This document shows positions 39,705-46,671 of a stretch of DNA of 64,000 nucleotides, piece after piece (position 1 is the first letter of the stretch; the number at the start of each line of letters is the position of its first letter). The notes below the pieces were generated by a model, which saw nothing but the letters and a program-made list of their open reading frames with translations, did no database searches and was not told the origin of the DNA. Position numbers and translations under genes: made by a program. The stretch is from a virus (lineage: Duplodnaviria; Caudoviricetes). The DNA lies in the IMG/VR virus record IMGVR_UViG_3300032335_000777, positions 45,984 to 109,983 of that record; one strand, 5' to 3'.

Positions 39705-40044
39705 TTATCTTATTCATTAGTATTTTACGCTTCAACAACATCTGATCAATATCATCATTCCACTTCTCCGTTTTCACATCACTATCAGAGCTGGAAATCC
39801 TATCCCTAAAACTCCTAATCTTCTCATCTAGAACATCAAGCTTTTTCTGGGCAGCTCTATCATTCCATTTTAATGTGCCCCATCCAGAAATCTCCACTGT
39901 CTTATTCTTCTGTAGAGCTGCCAGCACACTATCAAACTGATGTCGTATTATTTGATCAACAATCCTCACATCCATTTCTAGGGACTCAGCAAGCCTTCTA
40001 ACAAACCAATCCCTATGGGACATTGAATTAGGCTTTTCCTTCAT
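39631..40044 (-). CDS. HU/IHF-like protein with coiled-coil tail
   Basis: LAESL...VDQII..F......KTVEISGWGTL matches the HU fold pattern. Confidence 0.65.
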   Translation of the reverse strand: MKEKPNSMSHRDWFVRRLAESLEMDVRIVDQIIRHQFDSVLAALQKNKTVEISGWGTLKWNDRAAQKKLDVLDEKIRSFRDRISSSDSDVKTEKWNDDIDQMLLKRKILMNKINELNTDLRRLEKQSTSRRKTKGTD

Positions 40045-40375
40045 GCAAAATCTTTATCTCTAATGTAATGTCACTGGAGAACTCTAATGATATTAACGGA
40101 TTGACAACAATCTTTCCATCCTTCTTAAGAAGCAAATTACGCTTCTTTAGCTTGCTCACCATGTTGTTCACTGTAGCCCCTGTTGTCTTGTATGTTGAAC
40201 AGAATTTATCCCTATTACTAGGAACAGAAATACTTCCAGAAACAGCAATGAAAGACATCAACTGAATCTCTCTGTCTGTAAGCTCCAAATCGTTCAATGC
40301 AGAAAGAACAGAATAATACCTATACGACACTTCTGTGTCATTCTGTAATTCCTTCTTTAATCGTTGTACAATCAT
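40028..40375 (-). CDS. Winged-HTH DNA-binding protein
   Basis: LTDREIQLM...TVNNMVSKLKKRNLL..VNP; start probably ATG 40375 because the promoter overlaps the longer ORF start. Confidence 0.65.
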   Translation of the reverse strand: MIVQRLKKELQNDTEVSYRYYSVLSALNDLELTDREIQLMSFIAVSGSISVPSNRDKFCSTYKTTGATVNNMVSKLKKRNLLLKKDGKIVVNPLISLEFSSDITLEIKILHEGKA

Positions 40376-40393
40376 TTCCTTATTGGTTTCTAA

Positions 40394-40426
40394 CAAATAT
40401 AAAACATCCTCAACGAAAATAACAAA
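40394..40426 (-). promoter_or_regulatory. Bacteroidota housekeeping-sigma promoter at the head of the structural block
   Basis: -33 TTTG (40423-40426), 21-nt spacer, -7 TATATTTG (40394-40401). Confidence 0.75.
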
Positions 40427-40439
40427 TTTTATTATTTCT

Positions 40440-40610
40440 GTTTTTCAATCGAGGCCCCACCCATGTGAGTAATTGAAAAGAAGCCCCCCACCAAAATTTT
40501 CAAAATTTGGAAAAATGTTGTGTCAATAGGAGGGTAGGTTACATCATATCAAAACCCCCTGCGGGGCGTGGCATGTTGGGGTGGTCCCCATGCTTCGAAC
40601 TATTATAAAA
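40440..40610. other. GC-rich strand-switch region with short inverted repeats
   Basis: Non-coding divergence point; C/G runs, CCCC-TGC-GGGG and GGGG-TGGT-CCCC hairpins, CCAAAATTTT/AAAATTTGG near-palindrome. Confidence 0.6.
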
Positions 40611-40627
40611 CAAAAACACAAACTAAG

Positions 40628-41026
40628 ATGGCAAAAGCAATCGAAATCACAGGCCCTCAAATCTTTCGTCTCAGAGTCCTAGAATCTGCTAGACCTTACT
40701 CAAAAGATTCTGCACTTGCAGGACAATTCTACTCTAGAATAACCTACAACGGAACAGTCCTTACCATTAATGATAAAGACCCATTCCTTGCAGACCTCAA
40801 GGCTGGCAGAGTTCACACTGCATTCCTACTTGAGACTGAAGAATCCATCACTGATGATGAAGGTAACACTAGCGTTGTTACACGATTAGCATTCGATGGC
40901 TACGCAAGCAATGCTCAAATGATTGGCTTGACCAAAACTGATGCTGTACTACAGAGCATCATGAAGGGTTCATTCAAAGCAGAAGCAGAACTTAGCGAGG
41001 AAGACATCTTGGCATTGGAGCAATAA
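40628..41026 (+). CDS. First early gene, hypothetical beta-rich protein (possible ssDNA-binding)
   Basis: ATG 40628 after an A-rich leader; 132 aa, C-ending codon bias, acidic C-terminus. Confidence 0.6.
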   Translation: MAKAIEITGPQIFRLRVLESARPYSKDSALAGQFYSRITYNGTVLTINDKDPFLADLKAGRVHTAFLLETEESITDDEGNTSVVTRLAFDGYASNAQMIGLTKTDAVLQSIMKGSFKAEAELSEEDILALEQ

Positions 41027-41161
41027 CGCTCCTTTGCCAATACACAGCGTAGCGAGAAATCGCTGCGCTCATCCTCGTGTATAGAAGAACACTCTAATGC
41101 ATCATCTAGCAAATAGATGACACATGTATATGTGGTGTGAAGATGTGTTCTTTATATACAC
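41009..41161 (+). ncRNA. Structured non-coding element
   Basis: AGCGUAGCGA-GAAA-UCGCUGCGCU hairpin, then GUGUAUAGAAGAACAC/GUGUUCUUUAUAUACAC stem enclosing two hairpins. Confidence 0.55.
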
Positions 41162-41387
41162 TAAGTAAAATGCAATGGTTTTATGGTAATGTACAATTTA
41201 ATAAAGTTTTACGCGGGAAAACTAAAACTTCATGTTGTACTTTATCAAGAATTAGTTGTGAGTAAGGGAGTAGGAGTGACACCACACACGTAATAAACAC
41301 ATGTTTTCGTAAGTGTTGATTTCTGTATTCACTATTTTATATAGCATTAACCACATAAAATGGCTGTACACAGCTAAACTAATAGTC

Positions 41388-41525
41388 ATGAGAAAGTATT
41401 CAATGATAGAAGTGTATTCAGATCTATATAAATGTTCTGATTTCATTCTTGAGCAAGTTATTGCATGCAATGAAGATGTGTTTAGCCTAGCAGCTAAGAG
41501 AGTTTTGTTAATTAGAAGCCTATAA
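41388..41525 (+). CDS. Hypothetical protein (45 aa)
   Basis: ATG 41388 preferred over the ORF-track start; abuts the next gene. Confidence 0.5.
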   Translation: MRKYSMIEVYSDLYKCSDFILEQVIACNEDVFSLAAKRVLLIRSL

Positions 41526-41526
41526 T

Positions 41527-41709
41527 ATGGAAAAGTCATTAGATGAATTGGTATATGCACTCTCTTTTGAGTGTAAAGAAGCTGTCTATTCTAACATAGA
41601 ACATAAAGAGTTTATTAGACAGATGGCAAAGAAGCTTGAGGAATTAGCTAGACAAATTAGTATTGAACATTATATTGCTATGCAAGAATCTTCTTACAAT
41701 GGACAATAA
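41527..41709 (+). CDS. Hypothetical protein
   Basis: 60 aa, followed by a terminator. Confidence 0.6.
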   Translation: MEKSLDELVYALSFECKEAVYSNIEHKEFIRQMAKKLEELARQISIEHYIAMQESSYNGQ

Positions 41710-41735
41710 GAGCCTGTAATAGGGCTCTTTTGTTT
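41708..41735 (+). terminator. Intrinsic terminator
   Basis: AAGAGCCU/GGGCUCUU stem plus UUGUUU. Confidence 0.75.
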
Positions 41736-41889
41736 AAATGCGTCATAACCTGTTTCCCAAGGACAGGCAGTTGTAGTTGGTTATGTCCTTACTAGTTAGG
41801 ATATAATCTGTAGACCTACTGTCACATAGATGACAGCATGTATAACATCGCCAAAGATGTGGGGCTACAACTGAACGCAGAGGGATATA
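41731..41889 (+). ncRNA. Twister-like self-cleaving ribozyme with large P5 insertion
   Basis: AA-UGCG(P2)-UC ... CCUGU-UUCCCAAGG-ACAGG (P4/L4) ... P5 ... CGCA-GAGGG; CCC/GGG pseudoknot; P1 weak. Confidence 0.6.
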
Positions 41890-41918
41890 TCATTGAAATA
41901 TTAAACACACAAATAAAC

Positions 41919-42155
41919 ATGGACAATATTCATTACGATAATCAAAGGATATATTGTGAGAACAATAAGGTTCCTTTCTTCGCTTCTTCATCTTGTGACC
42001 ATATGTATGGTTGGGTTAATGATGAAAGATATGGCAACACCCAGACATTAACAGAAATGTTAATTGAAAGATATGGGGATGAACAAGCATTTATTATAGC
42101 ATCTTCTTCACATATTACATCTTGTCCTGGATGTTGCAGAAGTTGGTGTGATTAA
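41919..42155 (+). CDS. Hypothetical Cys/His protein
   Basis: Start ATG 41919 (upstream extension overlaps the RNA element); SCDH and CPGCCRSWCD. Confidence 0.6.
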   Translation: MDNIHYDNQRIYCENNKVPFFASSSCDHMYGWVNDERYGNTQTLTEMLIERYGDEQAFIIASSSHITSCPGCCRSWCD

Positions 42156-42160
42156 GATTT

Positions 42161-42275
42161 ATTGTATGTGGCCACGTAGTGCCTTAATCCATCCGTGATG
42201 CATGTGTAAACATGTAGGATGGACATACAATTTCATTTGGAGGGTCAGATGCTCCCAAGCAGGTGCAAGGCCTGC
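42161..42275 (+). ncRNA. Structured intergenic element (3-way junction plus T-loop-like hairpin)
   Basis: AUUGUAUGU/ACAUACAAU closing stem, two inner arms; then GGAG/CUCC and GCAGG-UGCAAGG-CCUGC. Confidence 0.45.
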
Positions 42276-42309
42276 ATTTATTTATTCATTCATTTAAACG
42301 CACAACATT

Positions 42310-42432
42310 ATGATTACAGTATGTGTAATGCCCAATTTCAAGGGCACAAGAACAGAGACATTGCAAGCATTTGTTGTATGTGTCCTAATTGACAGTATGT
42401 ATTGTTTTCCATTTATCTATCACTATTTATGA
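42310..42432 (+). CDS. Small hydrophobic protein (40 aa)
   Basis: MITVCVMPNFKGTR...; ATGA overlap with the next gene. Confidence 0.5.
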   Translation: MITVCVMPNFKGTRTETLQAFVVCVLIDSMYCFPFIYHYL

Positions 42433-42716
42433 GAACGTTTAAAGATTTATTATTCAATACAGTGGACGATCGTAGTAATTGGATTCGTGCATTTATGAAG
42501 TTTGACAATGGATATGGTGTATCTGTTGTTCAGGGTCCTTTCAGTTATGGAGGTAAAGTAGGATTGTATGAACTTGCTGTCTTAGATGCTGATGGTGATG
42601 TATGTTATGACACACCCATCACTGATAATGTAATAGGCTTTCTTAAGCCTGAAGATGTCACTAAGCACATGATTGATATTCAAGAATTACCAAATTTAAA
42701 CACACAAACCAAATGA
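42429..42716 (+). CDS. Conserved phage hypothetical protein
   Basis: FDNGYGVSV..SYGG..GLYELAVL..YDTPITDNVIGFL pattern common in phage early regions. Confidence 0.7.
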   Translation: MRTFKDLLFNTVDDRSNWIRAFMKFDNGYGVSVVQGPFSYGGKVGLYELAVLDADGDVCYDTPITDNVIGFLKPEDVTKHMIDIQELPNLNTQTK

Positions 42717-43009
42717 ACACATTAAAATTAGTTAGAGGAATAGCGTTCAGCACTGCTATCCTCGCAGCAGTAGGAATGATTTTTATAATGATTTATGGAC
42801 TCCAGGTGGGTCTTAATGATTATAATCTTCTTGGTTCTCTTGCAATCTTCTGCATATCATCATTGTATGCTATTGCAGTTGATGCAGAGATTAGAAGAAG
42901 AAACGCTGAATCAGAAGCGATGAAGAAAGTTCATCAAACAACCATCAAACAGTGTATCTGGATGATGGTATTTCTGTTAGGTATGTCAACTCTTTGTCTG
43001 TTTCTATGA
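42713..43009 (+). CDS. Membrane protein (about 3 TM helices)
   Basis: Three hydrophobic stretches; coupled overlaps. Confidence 0.65.
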   Translation: MNTLKLVRGIAFSTAILAAVGMIFIMIYGLQVGLNDYNLLGSLAIFCISSLYAIAVDAEIRRRNAESEAMKKVHQTTIKQCIWMMVFLLGMSTLCLFL

Positions 43010-43221
43010 AATGGGCAAGGAGTTGTTCTATTACAGGTGAGGGGATGAATCAAGGATGGGTTGGAGATGATGGATGTGTGTATTTCAAATATGAAAAAGA
43101 TGCACGCAAATGGTGTGTAAGCAGGGGATATAGAGATATAGACGATGCTTATGCTGATGATGTAATTTATTACACAGAATGGGAAGAGTTTGAACAAGAC
43201 GCTGAAGATTATGATAATTGA
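43006..43221 (+). CDS. Hypothetical protein
   Basis: MKWARSCSITGEGMNQGW...YYTEWE; ATGA-coupled start at 43006. Confidence 0.65.
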   Translation: MKWARSCSITGEGMNQGWVGDDGCVYFKYEKDARKWCVSRGYRDIDDAYADDVIYYTEWEEFEQDAEDYDN

Positions 43222-43420
43222 AAAACGGAGTATTATATCTGGTAAGATTTATCAGATGGAATTGGATATCACTCAACAACAGTTGAATGATTTTGTTGAT
43301 GGTATATCAGGACTTGCTCAAGATGCATTTCCTCATTTATCTTGTGATGAACGTGAGTTCATTATATCTGGTATTCATCCAGTAGAATGGAGAGAGTTAT
43401 TTGGTGAATTAGAAGAATAA
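43211..43420 (+). CDS. Conserved phage hypothetical protein
   Basis: S.ISG....ELDIT...QDAFPHLS.DEREFIISGI...EW family pattern. Confidence 0.7.
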   Translation: MIIEKRSIISGKIYQMELDITQQQLNDFVDGISGLAQDAFPHLSCDEREFIISGIHPVEWRELFGELEE

Positions 43421-43428
43421 AAACGCAC

Positions 43429-43557
43429 ATGAAAAAAATTGACAAAAAAGAGCTTAGTAGAGCCATCGTGTTCTACAGCTTGTTAGCAGCTTTATCCATC
43501 ACACTCATTATGTGGTGGATTAATTTTATTAAGTATTTTCCAGAAATTATATTTTAA
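43429..43557 (+). CDS. Small single-TM protein (42 aa)
   Basis: MKKIDKKELSRAIVFYSLLAALSITLIMWW...; fills the gap. Confidence 0.55.
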   Translation: MKKIDKKELSRAIVFYSLLAALSITLIMWWINFIKYFPEIIF

Positions 43558-43559
43558 AA

Positions 43560-43940
43560 ATGAAAACGCACAAATTTTACAAAGAAGATGGTATATGGTA
43601 TATAGATCTTCCAGAGTTTCTTGAGTTGGGCCTTGGTACAAAGGCTAACTTGATGATGGTTGGAGGATCTGATACATATTTAGACAGATTATCAAATTAC
43701 ACTACAGAGGTGACTGTGTCATTCTCAAATGTGGATTTTAATGGGTCAACAGATACATTAAAAAGAACGAAGTTAGGATATGATGATATATATCTAAACT
43801 CAGTGGGTCACGCACAGGTTGATGGTGGTGCATATTACCAATCAACTGTTGATGACCATGATTTATGGCTTTGTCCTGTTACAAAATATGTATTTCAAGC
43901 AAACTATCCTGAATACATCTTCATAAAGAAAGAACAATAA
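43560..43940 (+). CDS. DUF6717-like protein
   Basis: WYIDLP..MVGG.D..LD ... WLCPVT.YVF..YP..I. Confidence 0.6.
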   Translation: MKTHKFYKEDGIWYIDLPEFLELGLGTKANLMMVGGSDTYLDRLSNYTTEVTVSFSNVDFNGSTDTLKRTKLGYDDIYLNSVGHAQVDGGAYYQSTVDDHDLWLCPVTKYVFQANYPEYIFIKKEQ

Positions 43941-44044
43941 TATTGATTATTGTGCGCCTGCTGAGCATCAGAATAAACTGCTCAATTATATAGCATTAAG
44001 TAAAAATCAAAGCAAATAAACAAACAATTAAAGCAAAAACGCAC

Positions 44045-44320
44045 ATGAAAGCACACACAACAATTGCAGATGTGTTGATGGACATCAATACGCCTGAAGC
44101 AGTAAAGAAGTTCGTTGTGATTACAGATCACGAGAACACATTTTACTTTTCCTATCCTGGAGAAGATGAATTCAATCCTCTAAAAGGGAATGTTTTTCTT
44201 ACACGCACATTTATTCCTTTCGCAATCAGTGTGCATCAAGAAGTGGGATCTCATTTTGTTTACAAATGGGATACAATGAATGAAGTTGTTAATCATTTTG
44301 ATTTACTCTTTAACTCTTGA
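44045..44320 (+). CDS. Hypothetical protein
   Basis: 91 aa, A-rich leader. Confidence 0.6.
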   Translation: MKAHTTIADVLMDINTPEAVKKFVVITDHENTFYFSYPGEDEFNPLKGNVFLTRTFIPFAISVHQEVGSHFVYKWDTMNEVVNHFDLLFNS

Positions 44321-44589
44321 TGGCCATGAAAGTAAAGAATAAAGAACAGCTCGATAACTTAATCATTACAATGGTTAAGCTTTATCCCACAAATTTACAA
44401 TACGCATTCAAGCGTGTGAGTGATGTCACTGGGATTAAACCATTAGTTGTAACAAACAGATGGTATAGTAATATTAGACATCGTAGTGAGGTGATTTACA
44501 AGGTAGTCACTGATGAAGTGGAGATTAGAAACACTAAGACTACTAGATCAGATTTAATTGAAATGCTCATCAATAAATTTAGGATATGA
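44317..44589 (+). CDS. Possible HTH protein
   Basis: YPTNLQYAFKRVSDVTG....VTNRWY helix pattern. Confidence 0.5.
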   Translation: MMAMKVKNKEQLDNLIITMVKLYPTNLQYAFKRVSDVTGIKPLVVTNRWYSNIRHRSEVIYKVVTDEVEIRNTKTTRSDLIEMLINKFRI

Positions 44590-44840
44590 AACCTCAACTG
44601 AAAGAACATATGAAAAATATGACAAGTTTTATTGCAATGATCCTAGCGTTTTACATATTTGTGTATTACATGATTACGCTAGTATTGATAATAACGTGTA
44701 GAACATTGGAATTACACCCATCTTTGGGATTTCTAGCTCATGTAATAGCTTCGTTGACGATTCTATTAACAATATACATGTATGAGCCACGTAAAAACAA
44801 AGACGATAAAACTCACAGAGGAGGAGATCGAGAACTTTAG
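44586..44840 (+). CDS. Membrane protein (2 TM)
   Basis: Two hydrophobic stretches. Confidence 0.55.
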   Translation: MKPQLKEHMKNMTSFIAMILAFYIFVYYMITLVLIITCRTLELHPSLGFLAHVIASLTILLTIYMYEPRKNKDDKTHRGGDREL

Positions 44841-44949
44841 AGCAATTGCTGACAAGTTCAATGTCAAATTTCATGTTAAACAAATTAAAGACAATTATCA
44901 TGTTACAGCCCCAGAGGATAAACTAATCCAATGGGGCTATTACGAATAG
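44782..44949 (+). CDS. Hypothetical protein (55 aa)
   Basis: MSHVKTKTIKLTEEEIENFRAIADKF...; below the ORF track cutoff. Confidence 0.55.
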   Translation: MSHVKTKTIKLTEEEIENFRAIADKFNVKFHVKQIKDNYHVTAPEDKLIQWGYYE

Positions 44950-44953
44950 AATT

Positions 44954-45097
44954 ATGAGCGCATTCACAGAGGAAGAAGTAGACACTCTCATAGAATTGTG
45001 GCGAGATAGGCTTACAATTAAAGAGATGGCTTGGAAAATGAAGAAAAAGCCTACACAAGTGTATTATCAGCTCAAGAAGCGTTCATTAGTAGGATAG
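44954..45097 (+). CDS. Small HTH protein (47 aa)
   Basis: FTEEEVDTLIELW....TIKEMA.KM.K....VYYQL Myb/GcrA-like HTH pattern. Confidence 0.65.
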   Translation: MSAFTEEEVDTLIELWRDRLTIKEMAWKMKKKPTQVYYQLKKRSLVG

Positions 45098-45147
45098 TAA
45101 ATGGGTTTGATGTTAAACTGAGTCGCCAGTGCTTTCCAGTGGCAAAT

Positions 45148-45251
45148 AGTCAGGTGGTGGAATGAAGACACACATTGGAACTGCTTGTAAAAGTAATGGC
45201 ACATTGAGATAACCTTAGATGTGCGTACAGGTTCGAATCCTGTCCTGACTA
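45148..45251 (+). tRNA. tRNA-Leu-like RNA with aberrant anticodon arm (pseudo-tRNA or mimic)
   Basis: Acceptor AGUCAGG/CCUGACU-A, U8G9, D-arm GUG/CAC, T-arm ACAGG-UUCGAAU-CCUGU, 26-nt variable arm; no 7-nt anticodon loop; no encoded CCA. Confidence 0.75.
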
Positions 45252-45270
45252 CACACTAAAAACAAAACAC

Positions 45271-45432
45271 ATGGAACTACTAATTAGCATATTGATTATC
45301 ACCAGCATTTCTACATTCATTGCTGTATTTTGGATGAAAGGCATAAATTACATGCATGAGAATCATCCTGATTACAAAGGAGAAGATTTGTTTGATGAAG
45401 ATTTGAATAAAAATAAACAAACGTACACATGA
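45271..45432 (+). CDS. Small membrane protein (53 aa)
   Basis: N-terminal TM then GINYMHENHPDYKGEDLF; ATGA overlap with the next gene. Confidence 0.65.
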   Translation: MELLISILIITSISTFIAVFWMKGINYMHENHPDYKGEDLFDEDLNKNKQTYT

Positions 45433-45638
45433 AACAGACAGCAGTAGATTATTTATTTGAAAAGCTATGGGGAATCCATAAGGATAAATTCACATGGCAA
45501 ATGATTTTGAAAGAAGCCAAAAAAAAACATAAAAAAGAAATCATCGATACTTTCAAGGCGGGTGCTTTTTATCCTGGTCATGAACTAGAAGCAGAACAAT
45601 ATTATTTTGAAAAATACGAAAACGAAATAATCAAATGA
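45429..45638 (+). CDS. MKQTAV-family small protein, copy 1
   Basis: MKQTAV..L....EAK....EII......AEQYY. Confidence 0.7.
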   Translation: MKQTAVDYLFEKLWGIHKDKFTWQMILKEAKKKHKKEIIDTFKAGAFYPGHELEAEQYYFEKYENEIIK

Positions 45639-45844
45639 AACAGACAGCAGTAGAATTGCTATTCAATGAAATTGATATGCAATATCCTGAAATTAATTTA
45701 AGGTCAAAAGAATGGCTTTTTGAAAAAGCCAAAGAGATGGAGAAGCAGCAGATAATTAAAGCATGGCTGGCAACAGATTATCCATTACAAAGAATATGGG
45801 CAGCTGAACAATACTACAAAGAAACCTACGGAGAAGATGCCTGA
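45635..45844 (+). CDS. MKQTAV-family small protein, copy 2
   Basis: MKQTAV..L....KAKEMEKQQII.....AEQYYKETY. Confidence 0.7.
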   Translation: MKQTAVELLFNEIDMQYPEINLRSKEWLFEKAKEMEKQQIIKAWLATDYPLQRIWAAEQYYKETYGEDA

Positions 45845-46037
45845 CATTACAATGTGCAAAGGGACAAACTGTCCCCAGAAAGAAAATTGTTATCGCCACA
45901 CCGCTAAGCCTAGCGAGTTTTGGCAATCTTGGTTTATGGAACCGCCTATTGAGGATGGTAAATGTGATTACTATTGGGGAGAGAATGCAAAGAATATCTG
46001 GAATCAACTCAAGGATATTGTAAAAGGAAAAGAATAA
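45837..46037 (+). CDS. Cys-rich small phage protein
   Basis: DITMC.G..CP.KE.CYR..A......QSWF..PP....CDYYW. Confidence 0.7.
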   Translation: MPDITMCKGTNCPQKENCYRHTAKPSEFWQSWFMEPPIEDGKCDYYWGENAKNIWNQLKDIVKGKE

Positions 46038-46038
46038 T

Positions 46039-46071
46039 TGTCCAGTTTTAATCACTGGACATTTTTATTTT
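46039..46071 (+). terminator. Intrinsic terminator
   Basis: UGUCCAGU/ACUGGACA stem followed by a U run. Confidence 0.75.
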
Positions 46072-46077
46072 AGCACT

Positions 46078-46302
46078 ATGGAAGTCTATTTAGGAAAACA
46101 AGCGAAGAGCCTATTCTATGGCAGAGACATTCCCATTGATTCAATAGGAGTGTTTCAGTCACATGTAGGAGAATGGTTGTATTGGTTCAACGATGGTTGG
46201 ACGTATGATACAGGGTTTGCTGACACAGAAGTGGAGGCAATGGAAACAGCGAAAAGAAATTTTAAAGCACGTAAAAAATCAAATGATGAAGAAATTATTT
46301 AA
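46078..46302 (+). CDS. Hypothetical protein
   Basis: 74 aa ORF in the operon direction. Confidence 0.6.
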   Translation: MEVYLGKQAKSLFYGRDIPIDSIGVFQSHVGEWLYWFNDGWTYDTGFADTEVEAMETAKRNFKARKKSNDEEII

Positions 46303-46444
46303 AACACGAGAAATTCAAAAACCAGGAGATTTAGCACCAAGAGGTGTTAAAAGCACAATTAAAGGAACCTATGAGTTCAATGAAGTATTTGATCACATAT
46401 TCACTGAATCAAGAAAACCAGATCCATCATGGAAAAACAACTAA
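46283..46444 (+). CDS. Hypothetical protein (53 aa)
   Basis: Probable start ATG 46283 (MMKKLFK...PGDLAPRGVKST). Confidence 0.5.
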   Translation: MMKKLFKTREIQKPGDLAPRGVKSTIKGTYEFNEVFDHIFTESRKPDPSWKNN

Positions 46445-46671
46445 ACACCTACAAGCATTGGGCAAATGTACATCTAGACAAAGACAATGCAGAAAAATTC
46501 TTTGCTAATATGGCAAATCAAGAAGTATTAATAGATCCTTCAATGGTGGAGGTATTGGAAAATGAATTTCTTTATTCTGCATTTGTTTGGGAAAAATCAA
46601 ACGAAGGTCATGTACATTGGATGGATATTCAAGATAAACTAGACAAAGATAATGGGTGGGTCGTTATTTGA
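46429..46671 (+). CDS. Hypothetical protein
   Basis: AFVWEKSNEGHVHW motif, 80 aa. Confidence 0.6.
   Translation: MEKQLNTYKHWANVHLDKDNAEKFFANMANQEVLIDPSMVEVLENEFLYSAFVWEKSNEGHVHWMDIQDKLDKDNGWVVI

Noticed and set aside
41838-41918. N-terminal extension of ORF 41838..42155
   Set aside because: Overlaps the ribozyme-like structure; ATG 41919 has the typical A-rich leader
42239-42275. Twister-sister ribozyme or cobalamin riboswitch (UGCAAG loop)
   Set aside because: Only the loop hairpin matches; the other conserved core elements are absent
43958-43990. Hammerhead ribozyme (CUGCUGA resembles CUGAUGA)
   Set aside because: No GAAA core or stem III after the stem
45175-45200. Functional tRNA-Tyr (GUA) or tRNA-Thr (UGU) anticodon
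   Set aside because: No 5-bp stem closes a 7-nt loop around either triplet
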